Positions 13,631 to 26,232 of a stretch of DNA of 64,000 bases are shown here, piece by piece. Origin of the DNA: Holosporaceae bacterium. Lineage in GTDB: Bacteria; Pseudomonadota; Alphaproteobacteria; UBA7879; UBA5542. Where the stretch lies: positions 583,646 to 647,645 of the forward strand of contig CP060261.1 of NCBI GenBank assembly GCA_022646525.1. Direction: 5' to 3'. Position 1 is the stretch's first letter. Each line of letters opens with the position of its first letter. The translations under genes and the position numbers were made by a program. The notes under the pieces are model-generated. The model was not told the DNA's origin and did no database searches. It saw only the letters and a list, made by a program, of their open reading frames with translations.

Positions 13631-15446
13631 ATGCCAAAGAAGCGGACGATAACATCCCCTAGAAAGAAAAAGGCGCACAATACGCATATCAGGCGCTGGA
13701 TTTGGTATGGCTTGACGGCATGTGTTTGGGGGATTTTATTATTCCTTTACCTAGGCTGGCACGCCCTTCATTTACCCGACATTAAAAATTTAGAAACATC
13801 GGTACGTCGGCCGAGCGTGGTTTTCCTGACGCAAGACAGGCGCGAAATTGGGGTGTATGGCGATGTGTACGGCGAAACAATTACCTTAAAACAGGTGCCT
13901 AAATCTTTAAAAGAAGCCTTGATGGCCACAGAGGACCGTGATTTTTATGACCATTGGGGCATTGATTTAAAAGCTTTGTTCCGTGCCATGGTGCGCAATG
14001 TAATGGCCGGTCGGTATGTGCAAGGGGGTAGCACGCTGACCCAGCAGCTTGCGAAAACCTTTTCTTAACACCGAAGCGATCGCTGAACCGAAAAGTGAAA
14101 GAAATGCTATTGTCGTTTTGGTTAGAGTATCACTTTTCTAAAGATCAGATTATGACGATTTATCTAAACCGGGTGTATTTGGGCAACCAGACGTACGGTG
14201 TAGATGCGGCAGCGCAGCAGTATTTTGGAAAGTTGGTATCGCACCTGAACGTGGCTGAATCGGCTGTGATTGTGGCGTTGTTGAAAGCGCCTTCTCGATT
14301 TGGGCGGCGCACAGATTTGCTAAAAAGCGGGCTGCTGTTGTGTTGTATAACATGAAAGCGGAAGGTTATTTAACAGAAAAGGCCCTTGAAAAAGCCCTTG
14401 TGAAATTGGAGAAGATTCGTTTCCAAAAAGCAAGCATGGCCAGAAACACCGCTATTTCACAGATTGGATTATGGAAGAAGTGGGCGAACATGTGGATGCC
14501 AATCAAGATTTGATTGTGACCACCACCATTGATTTAGATTTGCAAAATATTGCCATTCAAAAGCTGCAAGAACACATTAAAGCCAATGGAGAAAAGTTTA
14601 ATATTGAAACAGGCGCGTTTTTTTAGCGATGGACTATGATGGTGCTGTGCGCTCTGTTGTTGGGGGCCATGACTATCATTACAGCCAATATAATGCGGCA
14701 ACCCAAGCAAAGAGGCAGCCAGGATCTATTTACAAAACATTTATATTTTTGGCGGCCCTTGAAAAAGGCATCAGCCCGCGCCTTGAAGTCAGTGATACGG
14801 TTTACCATAACAAGGATTGACGGTGAACAACTATGGATGGCGTGAGAGGGCACTGTGACATTTGAAGATGCTTTGGTGTATTCCATTAATACATCTACGG
14901 TGCGTATTGCGCAGATGGTGGGGATTCGCCATTTGATTGATGTGGCAGAGCGACTTGGCTTTTAAAAAGCCCCCCTAACTATGATTTAACCATTGCTTTG
15001 GGTACGTCAGAAACGACTCTTTTAGAGTTGGTACAGGCCTTTAGTATGGTGGCCACGCACGGCATTCAACGCGAGCCTTATGGGATTCTTGAGATTCGTT
15101 CAGCGAATGGAGAGATCTTGTATCAACGCCCCCCGCAAATACCGAAGAATCCCCAGACCGTGTTTTTAAAGAAAGTGTGATGGAAACCCTTGAAGACATG
15201 CTAGAGAAATCTGTTTCTCAGGGAACATCTAAGAATGCGCGTATTCCAGGGGTGCGCGTGTGCGGAAAAACAGGCACAACACAAAAGTTTAGAGATGCAT
15301 GGTTTGTAGGGTACATTCCAGGCTTGGTGGCAGGTGTGTGGATGGGGAACCTTAATGACACCCCTATGCATAAGGTTGTTGGCGGCAAATTCCCAGCCCA
15401 ATTATGGTCGGCCATTATGCGGCATGCCAAAGTGAAAAGAGGATAA
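13631..15446 (+). pseudogene. class A penicillin-binding protein (GT51 transglycosylase + transpeptidase), several frameshifts
   Basis: 13631-14068 has EDRDFYDHWGID and GGSTLTQQLAK. 14095-14355 has RVYLGNQTYGVDAAAQQYFGK. 14629-14820 has PGSIYK. 15177-15446 has KTGTTQKFRDAWFVGY. Confidence 0.85.
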
Positions 15447-15447
15447 A

Positions 15448-16030
15448 ATGGCAAAGCTTTATTTTTACTATGCCGCTATGAATGCAGGTAAAACAACCAC
15501 TCTTTTACAGTCAAGTTACAACTACCAAGAACGGGGTATGAATACCCTTTTGTTTACCCTAAAATTGATGATCGTTTTAAAGTAGGCTACATTAAGTCAC
15601 GTATTGGCCTGTCTTCGGAAGCCATTCCTTTTGATGCCACTTTTGATTTTTTTTCAGAGATTGAAACGTGTATGCCAAAGATCAAAACATCAGTGGTATT
15701 TTGGTAGATGAAGCCCAGTTTTTGAATAAAGTTCAGGTGCAACAATTGGCAGATGTGGCGTCACTTCTAGGCATTCCGGTGTTGACGTATGGCCTTCGGT
15801 CAGACTTCTTAGGTGAACCCTTTGAAGGCAGCAAATATCTGTTAACTTGGGCGCAAGAGTTAACAGAAATTAAAACCATTTGTCATTGTGGGCGCAAAGC
15901 AACGATGAATGCGCGTATTGATGGATCAGGCAAAATGGTGACGGAAGGCAACCAGGTTGAAATTGGGGGCAATGACCGTTATGTTGCCTTGTGTTATAGA
16001 CACCATCGACAAGGAAAAGCTAAAGCATAA
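15448..16030 (+). pseudogene. tdk: thymidine kinase, frameshifted in the first third
   Basis: ATG 15448 gives [30 protein letters not shown] (P-loop). ORF 15668-16030 has VDEAQFL and the zinc ribbon [13 protein letters not shown]...ALCYRHH. Confidence 0.85.
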
Positions 16031-16033
16031 ATT

Positions 16034-17814
16034 ATGGCAAAAGATTCACGTGGATCGGCCTATACTCAGCCAGCAGACTTTCGCCCTGTGCGCACTTTGC
16101 TGCCTTACCTATGGCCTAAAAAAAATACATCAGTAAAGACGCGCGTTATTATCGCAGCCTCTTTTGTAGTGATTTCAAAAATTGCCACTATTTGGATTCC
16201 AATTTTTTATAAGAAGGCCGTTAATTTAATTGGAGAAGGGGTGGATCTTCACTTCCGCCTTGTGATTTTTTTCTTGCTGGCCTATGGCACATCGCGGGCA
16301 CTTTCTATTATTTTTCTTGAACTTAAAGACTTTCTATTTGCCAAAGTCGAACATCGTGCCATTCGCCTTATTGCTACAAAAGTTTTTGACCATTTGCATC
16401 GCCTCAGTTTGCAGTTTCATTTTGATCGCAAAACAGGGTCACTGGTTCGCAGCCTTGAACGTGGCACAAAGGCCATTGAAGACTTCTTTCGTTACTCTAC
16501 ATTTTCTATTATTCCCACCGCCCTTGAGGTGTGTATTGCGGTGCTGACGATTACGTACTTATATGGGTTTGCGATTGGGGGACTGACAGCTTTAAACATT
16601 ATTTTGTACGTATACTATACCCTAAAAGTGACCCAGGCCCGGGCTAAGTTTTTTGCGGCGTATGCACGATGCAGAAAATCAAACGGGGCATCGTGCGGTT
16701 GAAAGTTTACTAAACTATGAAACAGTAAAGTACTTTGGCAATGAATCTTTAGAGCGCGCGCGTTTTGAAAAAGCGCAGCTTCATTATGAAAAGTCGGCAG
16801 TGCATAACAAAGTGGGCCTTTCTGTTTTAAATACAGGACAAGGAGTTATTATCTCGCTTGGTCTGATGGGGTTGATGTCGCTTTTTGCCCTGAAGATTAA
16901 AGAAGGTGTTTTCACCGTTGGTGATTTGGTTTTGATTAATGTGTATTTGCTGCAGCTTTATGTCCCGCTCAACATGTTGGGTTTTGCATACCGTGAAATT
17001 AAGCGCTCTTTAATTGAAATGGCAGCGATGTTTAGCCTGTTTGACGCCTTGCCTGACATTAAAGATCAAGCCGACTGTGCAGATCTGGTGTTTAAAGGCG
17101 GAAATGTGACTTTGACCGTGTTTCTTTTTTCATATGGGGCAGGGCGCGACGTGTTGAAAGATGTGTCGTTTGATGTGCCTTCTGGAAAAAGTGGCCTTAG
17201 TGGGGGGCAGTGGTTCGGGAAAAACAACATTGTCGCGCCTTTTGTTCCGCTTTTACGACCCGCTGTCGGGCACCGTACAGATTGACGGGCAAAACATTAA
17301 AATGTGCGCCAAGACAGCGTACGCCAGATGATCGGAATTGTGCCCCAAGATACGATTCTTTTTAACGAAAGTATTTTTTACAACATTCAATATGGCAATA
17401 TACAGGCGACTGAGGCAGATGTGCACCGTGTGGCCAAAGCGGCAAAAATTCACGACTTTATTTTATCGCTGCCAGAAGGGTATGACACTGTTGTGGGCGA
17501 GCGCGGTGTGAAGCTTTCTGGGGAAAAGCAAAGGGTGGCCATTGCGCGGACCCTTTGAAGAAGCCTAAGATTTTCTGTTTGACGAAGCCACATCGGCCCT
17601 TGATACCCATACGGAAAAAGCGTTACAAGAAAACCTTAATGAAATATCAAAAGGGTGTACAACCTTAGCCATTGCCCACCGGTTGTCGACCATTGTAGAC
17701 GCCCACAAAATTATTGTTTTAGATAAAGGCCGGATTGTTGAAGAAGGATCGCATCACAGTCTTTTGAAGAAGAAAGGATATTACGCTGCGCTGTGGGAAA
17801 AAGCAAAGCCGTAA
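16034..17814 (+). pseudogene. ABC transporter permease/ATPase, ATM1/HMT1-type (ABCB), frameshifted
   Basis: TMD ORFs 16034-16702 and 16653-17285, then NBD pieces (GGQWFGKNN corresponds to a shifted Walker [30 protein letters not shown]). Stop at 17812-17814. Confidence 0.85.
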
Positions 17815-17819
17815 AGCAA

Positions 17820-18807
17820 ATGAAAATCCCTGAAAAAATTTTAGTTTATGTATATGAAGACTTGTTGGGCGATGCGTTGCTGAAGTTGCCGTTTGTGGCG
17901 ACATTGCGCCATCTTTTCCCTAAGGCGCACATTGCGTGGTGCGCCGGGGGTGGTCATACTTTTTATAAGGGTATTTTTCGTCCCTTAGTGGCCGCGTACT
18001 TTAGACGATGTAATTGAAGTGCCCCTGGGGCGCGACTGGCGTGAACTTTTTGCTGCGTCTCCACTTAAAGGTAAGTCTTATGATTTAATAATCGATACAC
18101 AAAGAGATGTTGTGCCCACTTTGGCGTTAAAAAAAATTGCACACGATATGTTTGTATCGCGGACGGCAGGCTTTCTTTTTTCAGACTTTAGACCTCTGAA
18201 GAACATGTCTTGGAAAGGGCATTTATCTGAGCGCCTTTGAATCTGCTGTCGCTTTATACCCAAAGAATATTCAGCCGGCGGCCTATGCCTTGCCTGACTT
18301 GGCGCCACAAAAAAGGCCGTTGCTTCTTTTTTTAAGAAGAACAAACAATATGTTGGTTTTGCCCCAGGGGCAGGAAATGTGAAGAAGTGTTGGCCGAAAG
18401 AAAACTTTCTTAACGCAGCCGCCGCATTCAAAACCCAGGGGTGTGTGCCTGTGTTTATTCTTGGGCCCGCAGAAAAACACCTGTATCACTTTTTTAAGGA
18501 AGGATCCCCAGGGGCACTGTTTCCCCTTCAAGAAAAGCCAGCCCTTTTAAAAGACCCTTTGAACACAACAGCCCTTGGATTTCACCTCAATGCTTGTGTT
18601 GTGAATGATGCGGGTGTGGGCCATTTGATGGGGCTTTCGCCCACGTATTTGGTATCGCTTTTTGGGCCAACATTGGCTGAGAAGGTGCATCCTTTGTCTG
18701 AAAAAATAACCTTGATTAAAGCCCAGAAATTTGGCTCTGACCGCATGGAAGACATTCCTGTAGATGCTGTGTTAGATGCCTTAAAAGCAGTTGAAAAATC
18801 TTTATAA
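17820..18807 (+). pseudogene. glycosyltransferase family 9 (LPS heptosyltransferase-like), frameshifted
   Basis: Fragments 17820-18017, 18019-18240 and 18379-18807 (FAPGAGNVKKCWP..., NDAGVGHLMG, SLFGPT) are colinear with GT9 enzymes. Confidence 0.7.
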
Positions 18808-18877
18808 ATGTTGTGTTGACTGCTTTCCAAAAACAATAGAAAAATGTACACTTAAACAGAGAAAGGATCTGTGCGTA

Positions 18878-19360
18878 ATGTCCGTTAAGAAAATAAAAAA
18901 AGATCAACAACCTGCACCTTCACAAGAAGAGCCTAAGCTGATGAATAATGCCCATTATATTAAAGATTTTTCATTTGAAAATCCGGGGGTGCTTAAAAAT
19001 ATTTCTGCAGAAGAAGGTCCAAACATTAACATCAACATTCATGTGGATGTGACCCCCTTGGCAGAAGATGTGTATGAAGTTGTGATTTTGTTAAATATCA
19101 AGGCAGATTCAAAGGGAGAAGTTCTTTTTCTAGTAGAGCTTTCATATGGAGGCATCTTTAGAATAAAATCAGGCTTAGACGAGAAGGAACAAAAGCAGTT
19201 GCTTTTAGTGGATGCCCCCACACTTCTTTTCCCCTTTGCGCGCACAATTGTGGCAAATACAACGCGTGAAGGAGGGCTTCCGCCTCTTTTGTTGAACCCT
19301 GTTGATTTCAAGAAACTGAGTCAGCAGGCCGTCAATAAAGAGTCAAAGGTGAAGCATTGA
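18878..19360 (+). CDS. secB: protein-export chaperone SecB
   Basis: In-frame ATG 18878. YIKDFSFENP...LVELSYGGIFRI...LLVDAPTLLFPFARTIVANTTREGGLPPLLLNPVDF is the SecB signature. Confidence 0.9.
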   Translation: MSVKKIKKDQQPAPSQEEPKLMNNAHYIKDFSFENPGVLKNISAEEGPNININIHVDVTPLAEDVYEVVILLNIKADSKGEVLFLVELSYGGIFRIKSGLDEKEQKQLLLVDAPTLLFPFARTIVANTTREGGLPPLLLNPVDFKKLSQQAVNKESKVKH

Positions 19361-19364
19361 GGGA

Positions 19365-21166
19365 TTGGTACTTAAAAAGCTCAGGTTCATAAGGCGACTG
19401 TTCAGAAGAGAGAGGGGGCTTCACTACCGTTCTCTCATCAACCTGTTTCCTTTTATTCGGCCCCATTGGCAGTATTTGGTGGCGGCAATTTTGTTTATTA
19501 TTGCCACTGGTATTAGTGTTTTATGGCTGGGATATGGTCTGAGGCGTTTAATTGACAGAGGTTTTAACTCGATTGAAAATCTAACAACTTCGATTTTAAT
19601 ATTAAGTTTTTTCGTGTTGTTGTTAGCGATTTCAAGCTATGGTCGTCTTTTTTTTATGTCACAGCTTGGCGAGAAAATCGCCATTGGTTTGCGTCGGTCT
19701 GTTTTTAAAAAACTTCTTTACTTGGATGCAGATTTTTATGAGAACCACCTCACAGGTGATTTGTTGTCGCGCCTTATTCATGATACGTCAGCCATTCAAA
19801 GTTTTTTAGTAAATGCATTTCCTGTTTTGCTGCGGAATGCAGTGATTGCGATTGGAGGGGTGGCCTTGCTTTACTATAACAACCTAAAGTTGGCCCTTAT
19901 TATGAGCTTTTGCTTTCCTCTTGTGGTGATTCCCCTGTTTGTATTTGACCAAGTGGTGCGCCTCAACAAGAAGAAAAGACAAGAGGGGCTGGATATGTTG
20001 AGTGCCCGTGCCGAAGAAGTTTTGTTGTCTATTAAAACTGTGCAGGCATTTAATCAAGAAATTTCTGAAACGGAAAACTTTAACGAAGAATTAACAAATG
20101 GCATGCGGCATATTCGACAGTATGCAAAAAGTAAATCATTTCTTGCCTTTAGCGTGATTATTGTTGGGTTTGGCACCATTGGGTTGATTGTGTGGATTGG
20201 GGGCATGGATGTGATTGCAGGCCAGTTAACCACCGGCCAGTTAACCTTATTCTGCTTCTACTCGTTGGCAATTGCGGGATCATTGGGTGTGATTAGCGAA
20301 TACTGGGGCGATATTCAGAAAATGATTCGGGCCACACGGCGCCTTGCCTATCTTTGGGATGCAAAGTCGCGTGTACCCATAATTGATTTGCCCAAGCCTT
20401 TTCGGAAGAAAGCGTCTGAATTTCATATTTCATTTAAGAATGTCACTTTTTCTTACCCGGGCCGGTCTCATATCTATGCTCTTAAAAATGCCACTTTTGA
20501 TATTCCTTACGGTCAAACCATTGCATTTGTGGGGCCTTCTGGCTCAGGGAAAACAACCATTTTGAACTATTGATGCGCTTTTATGACCCCAAGAAGGAGA
20601 GATCTTTTAGAAGGGCAAGACATTCGATCGATTCCCCTTGATCATTTGCGGAGTCAAATTGGTCTTGTTTCCCAAGAGTGTAACGTTTTTTCAGGTACGA
20701 TTTACGAAAATATTGCTTATGGCTCTAAAGCGCCTTCAAAGGCGCAAGTGGCAGAAGTGGCGCGTATGTCGCGCGTGAATGAGTTGCAAAGCGGTTGCCG
20801 CGCAAACTAGATTCAGTGATTGGGCAACGGGGGTGTCGCTTTCAGGGGCAAAAAACAACGCATTTCAATTGCACGCACCCTTTTGAAAAAATGCCCCGGT
20901 GTTGTTGTTAGACAGAAGCCACCAGTTCTCTTGATGCACAGCAAAGAGCATTATGTGCAACAGGCTGTAGAGGCGGCTGGTGGTGCACCGCACAACTCTT
21001 GTGGTGGCCCACCGGTTAACAACGGTTCAGAAGGCAGAAAAAGATTTATGTGATGAATCGTGGAAAAATTGTGGCAAGTGGCACACATCGTGAACTAACA
21101 AAGCGTCAAAAAATATATAAGAATTTGGCAACGCTGCAGTTTTTAGATAAAGAAGCTGAAGAATAA
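19365..21166 (+). pseudogene. ABC transporter permease/ATPase (MsbA/ABCB-like), NBD frameshifted
   Basis: Intact TMD plus Walker A (GPSGSGKTT) in 19365-20573. NBD pieces 20583-20810 and 20820-21053, with the C-terminus (HRELTKRQKIYKNLATLQF) ending at stop 21164-21166. Confidence 0.85.
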
Positions 21167-21432
21167 GGTAGTTTTTTGTGCTATTTTATGATTAATGATT
21201 AAACAGTCGTATAATTATTTGATATAGTGTACGTGATAGAGATTATAAAATTATGAAAAATAAATTCACTAAAATCACTTTGTTCCTGAAAGAACAAAGA
21301 GAAAAATTAATTCTTTGCTAGGGAAGATAGAGTATTCAAAAACCGCTTCCTAAAGCGGTTAAAAGCTCTAAGAAGTTTCTGCCTTCTTTTGGATCTTTTT
21401 CATTTAATTTCTTTTCCTTTTCCCCAGGGGCA

Positions 21433-22509
21433 TTGAAAGGCATTGTTTTTATACAAACTTTTGCTTTGATTGGGTTGCTGGGTTTTGGGGGCTGGTTTTA
21501 CATGACCCATATCCGTAGAGCTGGCGATCAAATGAAAAAGCGTGAATTGCCCCAGTCTATTGTAGAGGCATTGCCTGTAGAGCTTGGTACATTTGAAACA
21601 TTTACATCGGTGGTGGGTACGTTGAAGTCCAATGAGTCGGTTATTATTCGTCCTGAGGTTGAAGGCGTTATTCAGGATATCCGCTTCAAAAGTGGCGACA
21701 CAGTTTCTAAGTTTGACACGTTAATGCACATGCAGTCGGGCGTATATCAAGCCCTTTTGAAAGAAGCAAAAGCCAAGCTTGAGCTTTACAAAGGAAAGTA
21801 CGAGCGGGCACAGATTTTATACGACCGCAAGTCTGGCACATTAAAAGAACGCGACGAAATGTATGCGCAAATGAAAATTGCGGAAGCTGAAGTAGATAAA
21901 GCCAGAACACAGCTTGGAAAAACAGTGATTCAGGCACCATTTACAGGTGTGATTGGGTTAAAGAACATCAGCCCTGGGGCCTATGTGCGTGTGGGTGAAG
22001 ACTTGGTTACCCTTGACGACTTGGACCCGATGAAGATTGAGTTCCGCTTGGGTGAAAACATGATTGATAAGGTTGAGGTGGGCAAAGTGGTGCAAGTTGA
22101 GATTGACGGGTTTCCCGACAATGTATTTGAAGCCAAAATTGAAGCCATTGATACCAACATTGACCCCATGGGGCATAGCTTGCGTGTTCGGGCCCATTTG
22201 GAAAATAAAGACGAGCTATTTAAGCCAGGCCTTTATGCCAAGGTAAAGTTGTTGGTCAGCTCTCATGAAAATGTGATTATGGTGCCAGAATCAGCCATTG
22301 AAAGCCGTGGTAACCAAGAATATGTATACCGCGTTGAAGATGGCAAAGCCCGCTATACTGTTGTGAAAACAGGGGGCCGGAACGGTGAAAAAGTTGAAAT
22401 CTTAGCAGGGTTAAAACCGGGCCAAACAGTGATTGTGGCTGGCCAGATGAAAGTTCAAGATAAGTGGCCCGTTATGGCTGTGCCGCCATATGTGTTAAAG
22501 CGACTGTAG
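21433..22509 (+). CDS. efflux RND transporter periplasmic adaptor (membrane fusion protein)
   Basis: Intact 358 aa ORF with an N-terminal TM helix, a coiled-coil hairpin region, IQAPFTGVIG lipoyl motif and C-terminal beta-barrel. Confidence 0.85.
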   Translation: MKGIVFIQTFALIGLLGFGGWFYMTHIRRAGDQMKKRELPQSIVEALPVELGTFETFTSVVGTLKSNESVIIRPEVEGVIQDIRFKSGDTVSKFDTLMHMQSGVYQALLKEAKAKLELYKGKYERAQILYDRKSGTLKERDEMYAQMKIAEAEVDKARTQLGKTVIQAPFTGVIGLKNISPGAYVRVGEDLVTLDDLDPMKIEFRLGENMIDKVEVGKVVQVEIDGFPDNVFEAKIEAIDTNIDPMGHSLRVRAHLENKDELFKPGLYAKVKLLVSSHENVIMVPESAIESRGNQEYVYRVEDGKARYTVVKTGGRNGEKVEILAGLKPGQTVIVAGQMKVQDKWPVMAVPPYVLKRL

Positions 22510-22518
22510 GAAACGCCC

Positions 22519-25500
22519 GTGACGTTATCTGAAATTTGTATTAAAAGGCCCGTCCTTTCTATTGTGATGACCCTGATTTTGGTGATTGTGGGCGCTGTTA
22601 GCTATACGTACTTGCAGCTGCGCCAATTTCCCCGTGTTGATCGCCCTGTGATCAGTGTTACCACAGCCTATGAAGGCGCTAGCCCGAAAATTGTTGAGTC
22701 GCGCATTACCAAACCCCTGGAATCTGCCTTGGCGGGTATTGAAGGGGTGGAATTCATTACATCGATCAGTGAATCGGAAAACAGCCGTATTAACCTAAAC
22801 TTCCGTCCTGACCGCGATATTGATGCGGCATCTAGTGATGTGCGTGAAAAGATTGGACGTGTGCGGATGCGGCTTCCTGAAGGGGCCCGGGATTCTTTAA
22901 TTAAAAAGTCTGACGCAGATGCAGCGGCCATTATCTATTTGGCCCTATCAAGTGAGAACAAAGAAATTTCAACAGCAGAAGTCTATGACTATGCCCACCA
23001 CTATTTGGAAAATGAATTTGAATCTATTGGGGGTGTGGCGGCCGTTGAGTTGTTTGGATCGAACGGCCACGTGATTCATATTTATTTAGACCCGGTTAAA
23101 ATGGCTGCTTATCGTGTCACCACACACGATGTGTCAACTTCTTTAAAACAGCAAAACGTGCACATCCCGGCAGGGCGCCTTGTGGGCGATTCACGGGAAG
23201 TGATGGTGACAACGGCGGCTAACATAAAAACGGTTGAAGGTTTTAAAAACGTGATTGTTCACCGCGAAAAAGATTTCTTGGTGAAGCTATCAGATATTGC
23301 AAAGGTTGAGTTTTCACCAGCGGAAGAACGGAGCTTAGCCCGTTTTAATGGCAAGCCTGCGATTTCAATTGGATTGATTAAAAAATCTATTGCGAACCCG
23401 TTGCAAATTGCAGAAGAGTTGCAAGAACGGTTGCCCCAAATCAGGCGTAACCTGCCAAAAGATTTTAAAATTGATATTGCGTACGACAAAACTATTTTCA
23501 TCGATCAGTCGTTGAAAGAGGTGTACAAAACATTTTTTGAAGCGGCTGCCTTTGTTTTCGTGATTATTTTGATCTTCTTATGGTCGTTTCGGGCATCTTT
23601 GATTCCGTTGGTCACCATTCCCGTGTGTGTGATTGCCACCTTTACGTTGCTGTATATTTTTGGATTTACCCTGAATAACTTGACTCTGTTGGCCATTGTG
23701 TTGGCGATTGGAATGGTGGTGGATGACGCCATTGTGATGATGGAAAACATTTACCGTTATATTGATGAAAAGGGTATGAAACCCCTTCAAGCCGCCTACG
23801 AAGGGAGTAAGGAAATCAGCTTTGCGGTGATTGCCATGACCCTAACCCTTGCGGCTGTTTATGCGCCGATTGCTTTGTCGCAGGGTATCATTGGTAAAAT
23901 GTTTACAGAGTTTGCCCTGACATTGGCAGGGGCTGTTTTGATTTCGGGCTTTATCGCATTAACCCTGTCGCCCATGATGTGTGCGTATTTGCTGAAACCC
24001 CATAAAAAAGGGAATGGCGCGGCACCTAAGCTTGGACCCCATGCATCGTTTAAAGAGAAAGCAGCCGCTTTTGCAGAAAAATATAAGTTCGATAAGATTT
24101 ATGTTAAGTGGGAACAGTTTTACGAAAAAACCTTAAAGTTTACCATGTCGATTCGGGGCACTGTATTGATGATTGCCCTTATGTTTTCGGCAACAGGCGT
24201 GCTGATTGGGTTTAAGTTTTTGCCAAGCGAGCTGACACCCCAGGAAGACCAAGGTTTGATTAACGCAGGGGCCATGATTCCCCAAGGAGCGAACATCAAG
24301 TATGTGTCGCGTTATGTGGCAGAGGTAGAACGTATCTTACGGGATGTGCCTGAGGTTAAAAGCCAGCTGTCAACGGTGGCACAACCCAACCCTCTTGTTT
24401 GGAACTTGCTGTCAGACTGGAAGGATAGAAAACGGTCGAGCCTTGATATTATTAAAGAAATTCGACCAAAATTGCGGGCAGTGCCGGGCATTAACGCCTA
24501 TGCAACGCCTGGCAAAACATTAATTAGTGGCGGTGGTCGCACCGATGAAGCCATTCAGTTTGTTTTGCAGACGACGAAATCTACAAAGCGAGTTGGACGC
24601 GGCATCAGAATTGCTGGAATTTGCGCTTCGCCAAGAACGCATTATTCCGTTCTTGAACACAGACAGAGGGAAGACACCCAAGAATATTTGGTGGAAATTA
24701 ACCGCGATAAAGCCGGATTATTGGGCGTTGAAGTGTCTACCATTGGGGAGACTTTTGACACGTTTATTAGTGGTCGTCGTGTGACAGACTTTAAGAAAGA
24801 CAGCGAGCAGTTTGATGTGATGGCATCGGTGCTGGAGGCAGAGCGTCGCTCGCCCAACGACTTAAGTAATATGTTTGTGCAGGGGCCGCCTGAAAGACAG
24901 AGAAGTGATGGTGCCTTTGTCGAACATTGTGACTTTGAAAAAAGAAACGATTCCCATTCAAATTAACCACTATAACCAGTTGCGGTCGGTGACTTTGTCT
25001 GGAGAGCTTGCCCAGGGTGTGAGTTTGGGAGAGGCTGTAGAAGTTTTCAAAACTGTCAGAAGAAGTATTGCCCGAAGGAATTCGTGCTGAGTTTTCAGGG
25101 GAACCAAGAAATTCCTTGAAGCCCGGTATACGGTGTACCTGATTTTCTTACTGGCGTTGATTTTTATCTATCTTGTGATGGCGGCCCAGTTTGAAAGCTT
25201 TGTTGACCCTTTCATTATTATGTTGACCGTGCCGCTTTCGCTTGCAGGTGCACTCATTACCTTGAAATTTGTTCAAGGATCGATCAACATCTATAGCCAA
25301 ATTGGTTTAATTACCTTGATTGGGTTGATTACGAAGCATGGTATTTTGATTGTGGAATTTGCGAATCAGATTTTTGATGGAGATAAAAAAATATCCCTGA
25401 ATGAAGCAGTGATGAAGGCCTCGCTGTTGCGTTTGCGACCCATTTTAATGACAACAGCCGCCATGGTGTTGGTTGTGGTGCCCCTTGTTTTTACATCGGG

Positions 25501-25636
25501 TGCGGGGGCTGAAAGCAGTCGACAAATTGGTTGGGTGATTTTTGGTGGGATGACCATTGGGACGATCTTTACCCTATTTGTTGTGCCCGCTGTCTACACC
25601 TTCTTATCGGCAAGACGGACACAAAGGAAAACATAA
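22519..25636 (+). pseudogene. efflux RND transporter permease (AcrB/HAE1 family), frameshifted near 24.9-25.1 kb
   Basis: ORFs 22519-24966, 24875-25090 and 25133-25636 are colinear with AcrB-like pumps (MTLSEICIKRPVLSIVMTL..., VVDDAIVMMENI, ITKHGILIVEFAN). Confidence 0.9.
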
Positions 25637-26232
25637 TGCTGACATGCCCGGCGCTTTTTCGCCTGATTAAGGAACCCGAAGAAACCCAGCATAAAATGGG
25701 GCGTGCCACACAGTATTATTTGCGTATTTTCCATGACTTCTATAAAAGCAACCGTTGGTTTTCAAGCTGGAATTGGTCAAGCTTCTTGGCTGCCCTTTTT
25801 GGGGCTGAGATGGTGTGGCTTATTTACCGGCGCATGTATCTTTATGCCTTGGTTTATTTTTTGATTATTTTAGGAATAACGTACACAGGACTGGGCCTTT
25901 TTTATATGGCAAACAAAATGTTAAGCCCTGATATACGCGCATTCATTGTTACAAAATTTGCGGATAAAGATTTTCTATTTATGACGGTGAAGATTGTATT
26001 GTGGATGGTGAAGCTGCCCTTAATTGTAAGCTTTGGTGTGTGGGGCAATGCCCTTTACTTTCGCTTTCTTGAAAAAGAAGCGCGCAAAGCATCAACCCCT
26101 AAAAGTGGGGTGTCTTCTGTTGCCGCAGGGGCTTTTCTTTTGGTATGCTTGTCGGCCATTCTTTTAAATAATTATCTTCTACAAACATCGGCGACGAACT
26201 TGTATACTAAGGCGTATGAACTCTTTGTCTAA
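25636..26232 (+). CDS. DUF2628-like small membrane protein
   Basis: ATG overlaps the pump stop (TAATG). SWNWSSFLAALFGAEMVWLIYRRMYLYA matches the DUF2628 core. Confidence 0.5.
   Translation: MLTCPALFRLIKEPEETQHKMGRATQYYLRIFHDFYKSNRWFSSWNWSSFLAALFGAEMVWLIYRRMYLYALVYFLIILGITYTGLGLFYMANKMLSPDIRAFIVTKFADKDFLFMTVKIVLWMVKLPLIVSFGVWGNALYFRFLEKEARKASTPKSGVSSVAAGAFLLVCLSAILLNNYLLQTSATNLYTKAYELFV

Noticed and set aside
21279-21360. Two short palindromes (CTTTGTTC-N6-GAACAAAG at 21279-21300, AACCGCTT-N5-AAGCGGTT near 21340-21360) and a 22-codon ORF upstream of the RND operon, as an operator or leader
   Set aside because: These could be regulator-binding sites or a weak terminator. However, no regulator gene is adjacent, the stems are short and AT-rich, and nothing distinguishes them from chance in AT-rich intergenic DNA. 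They are noted only.
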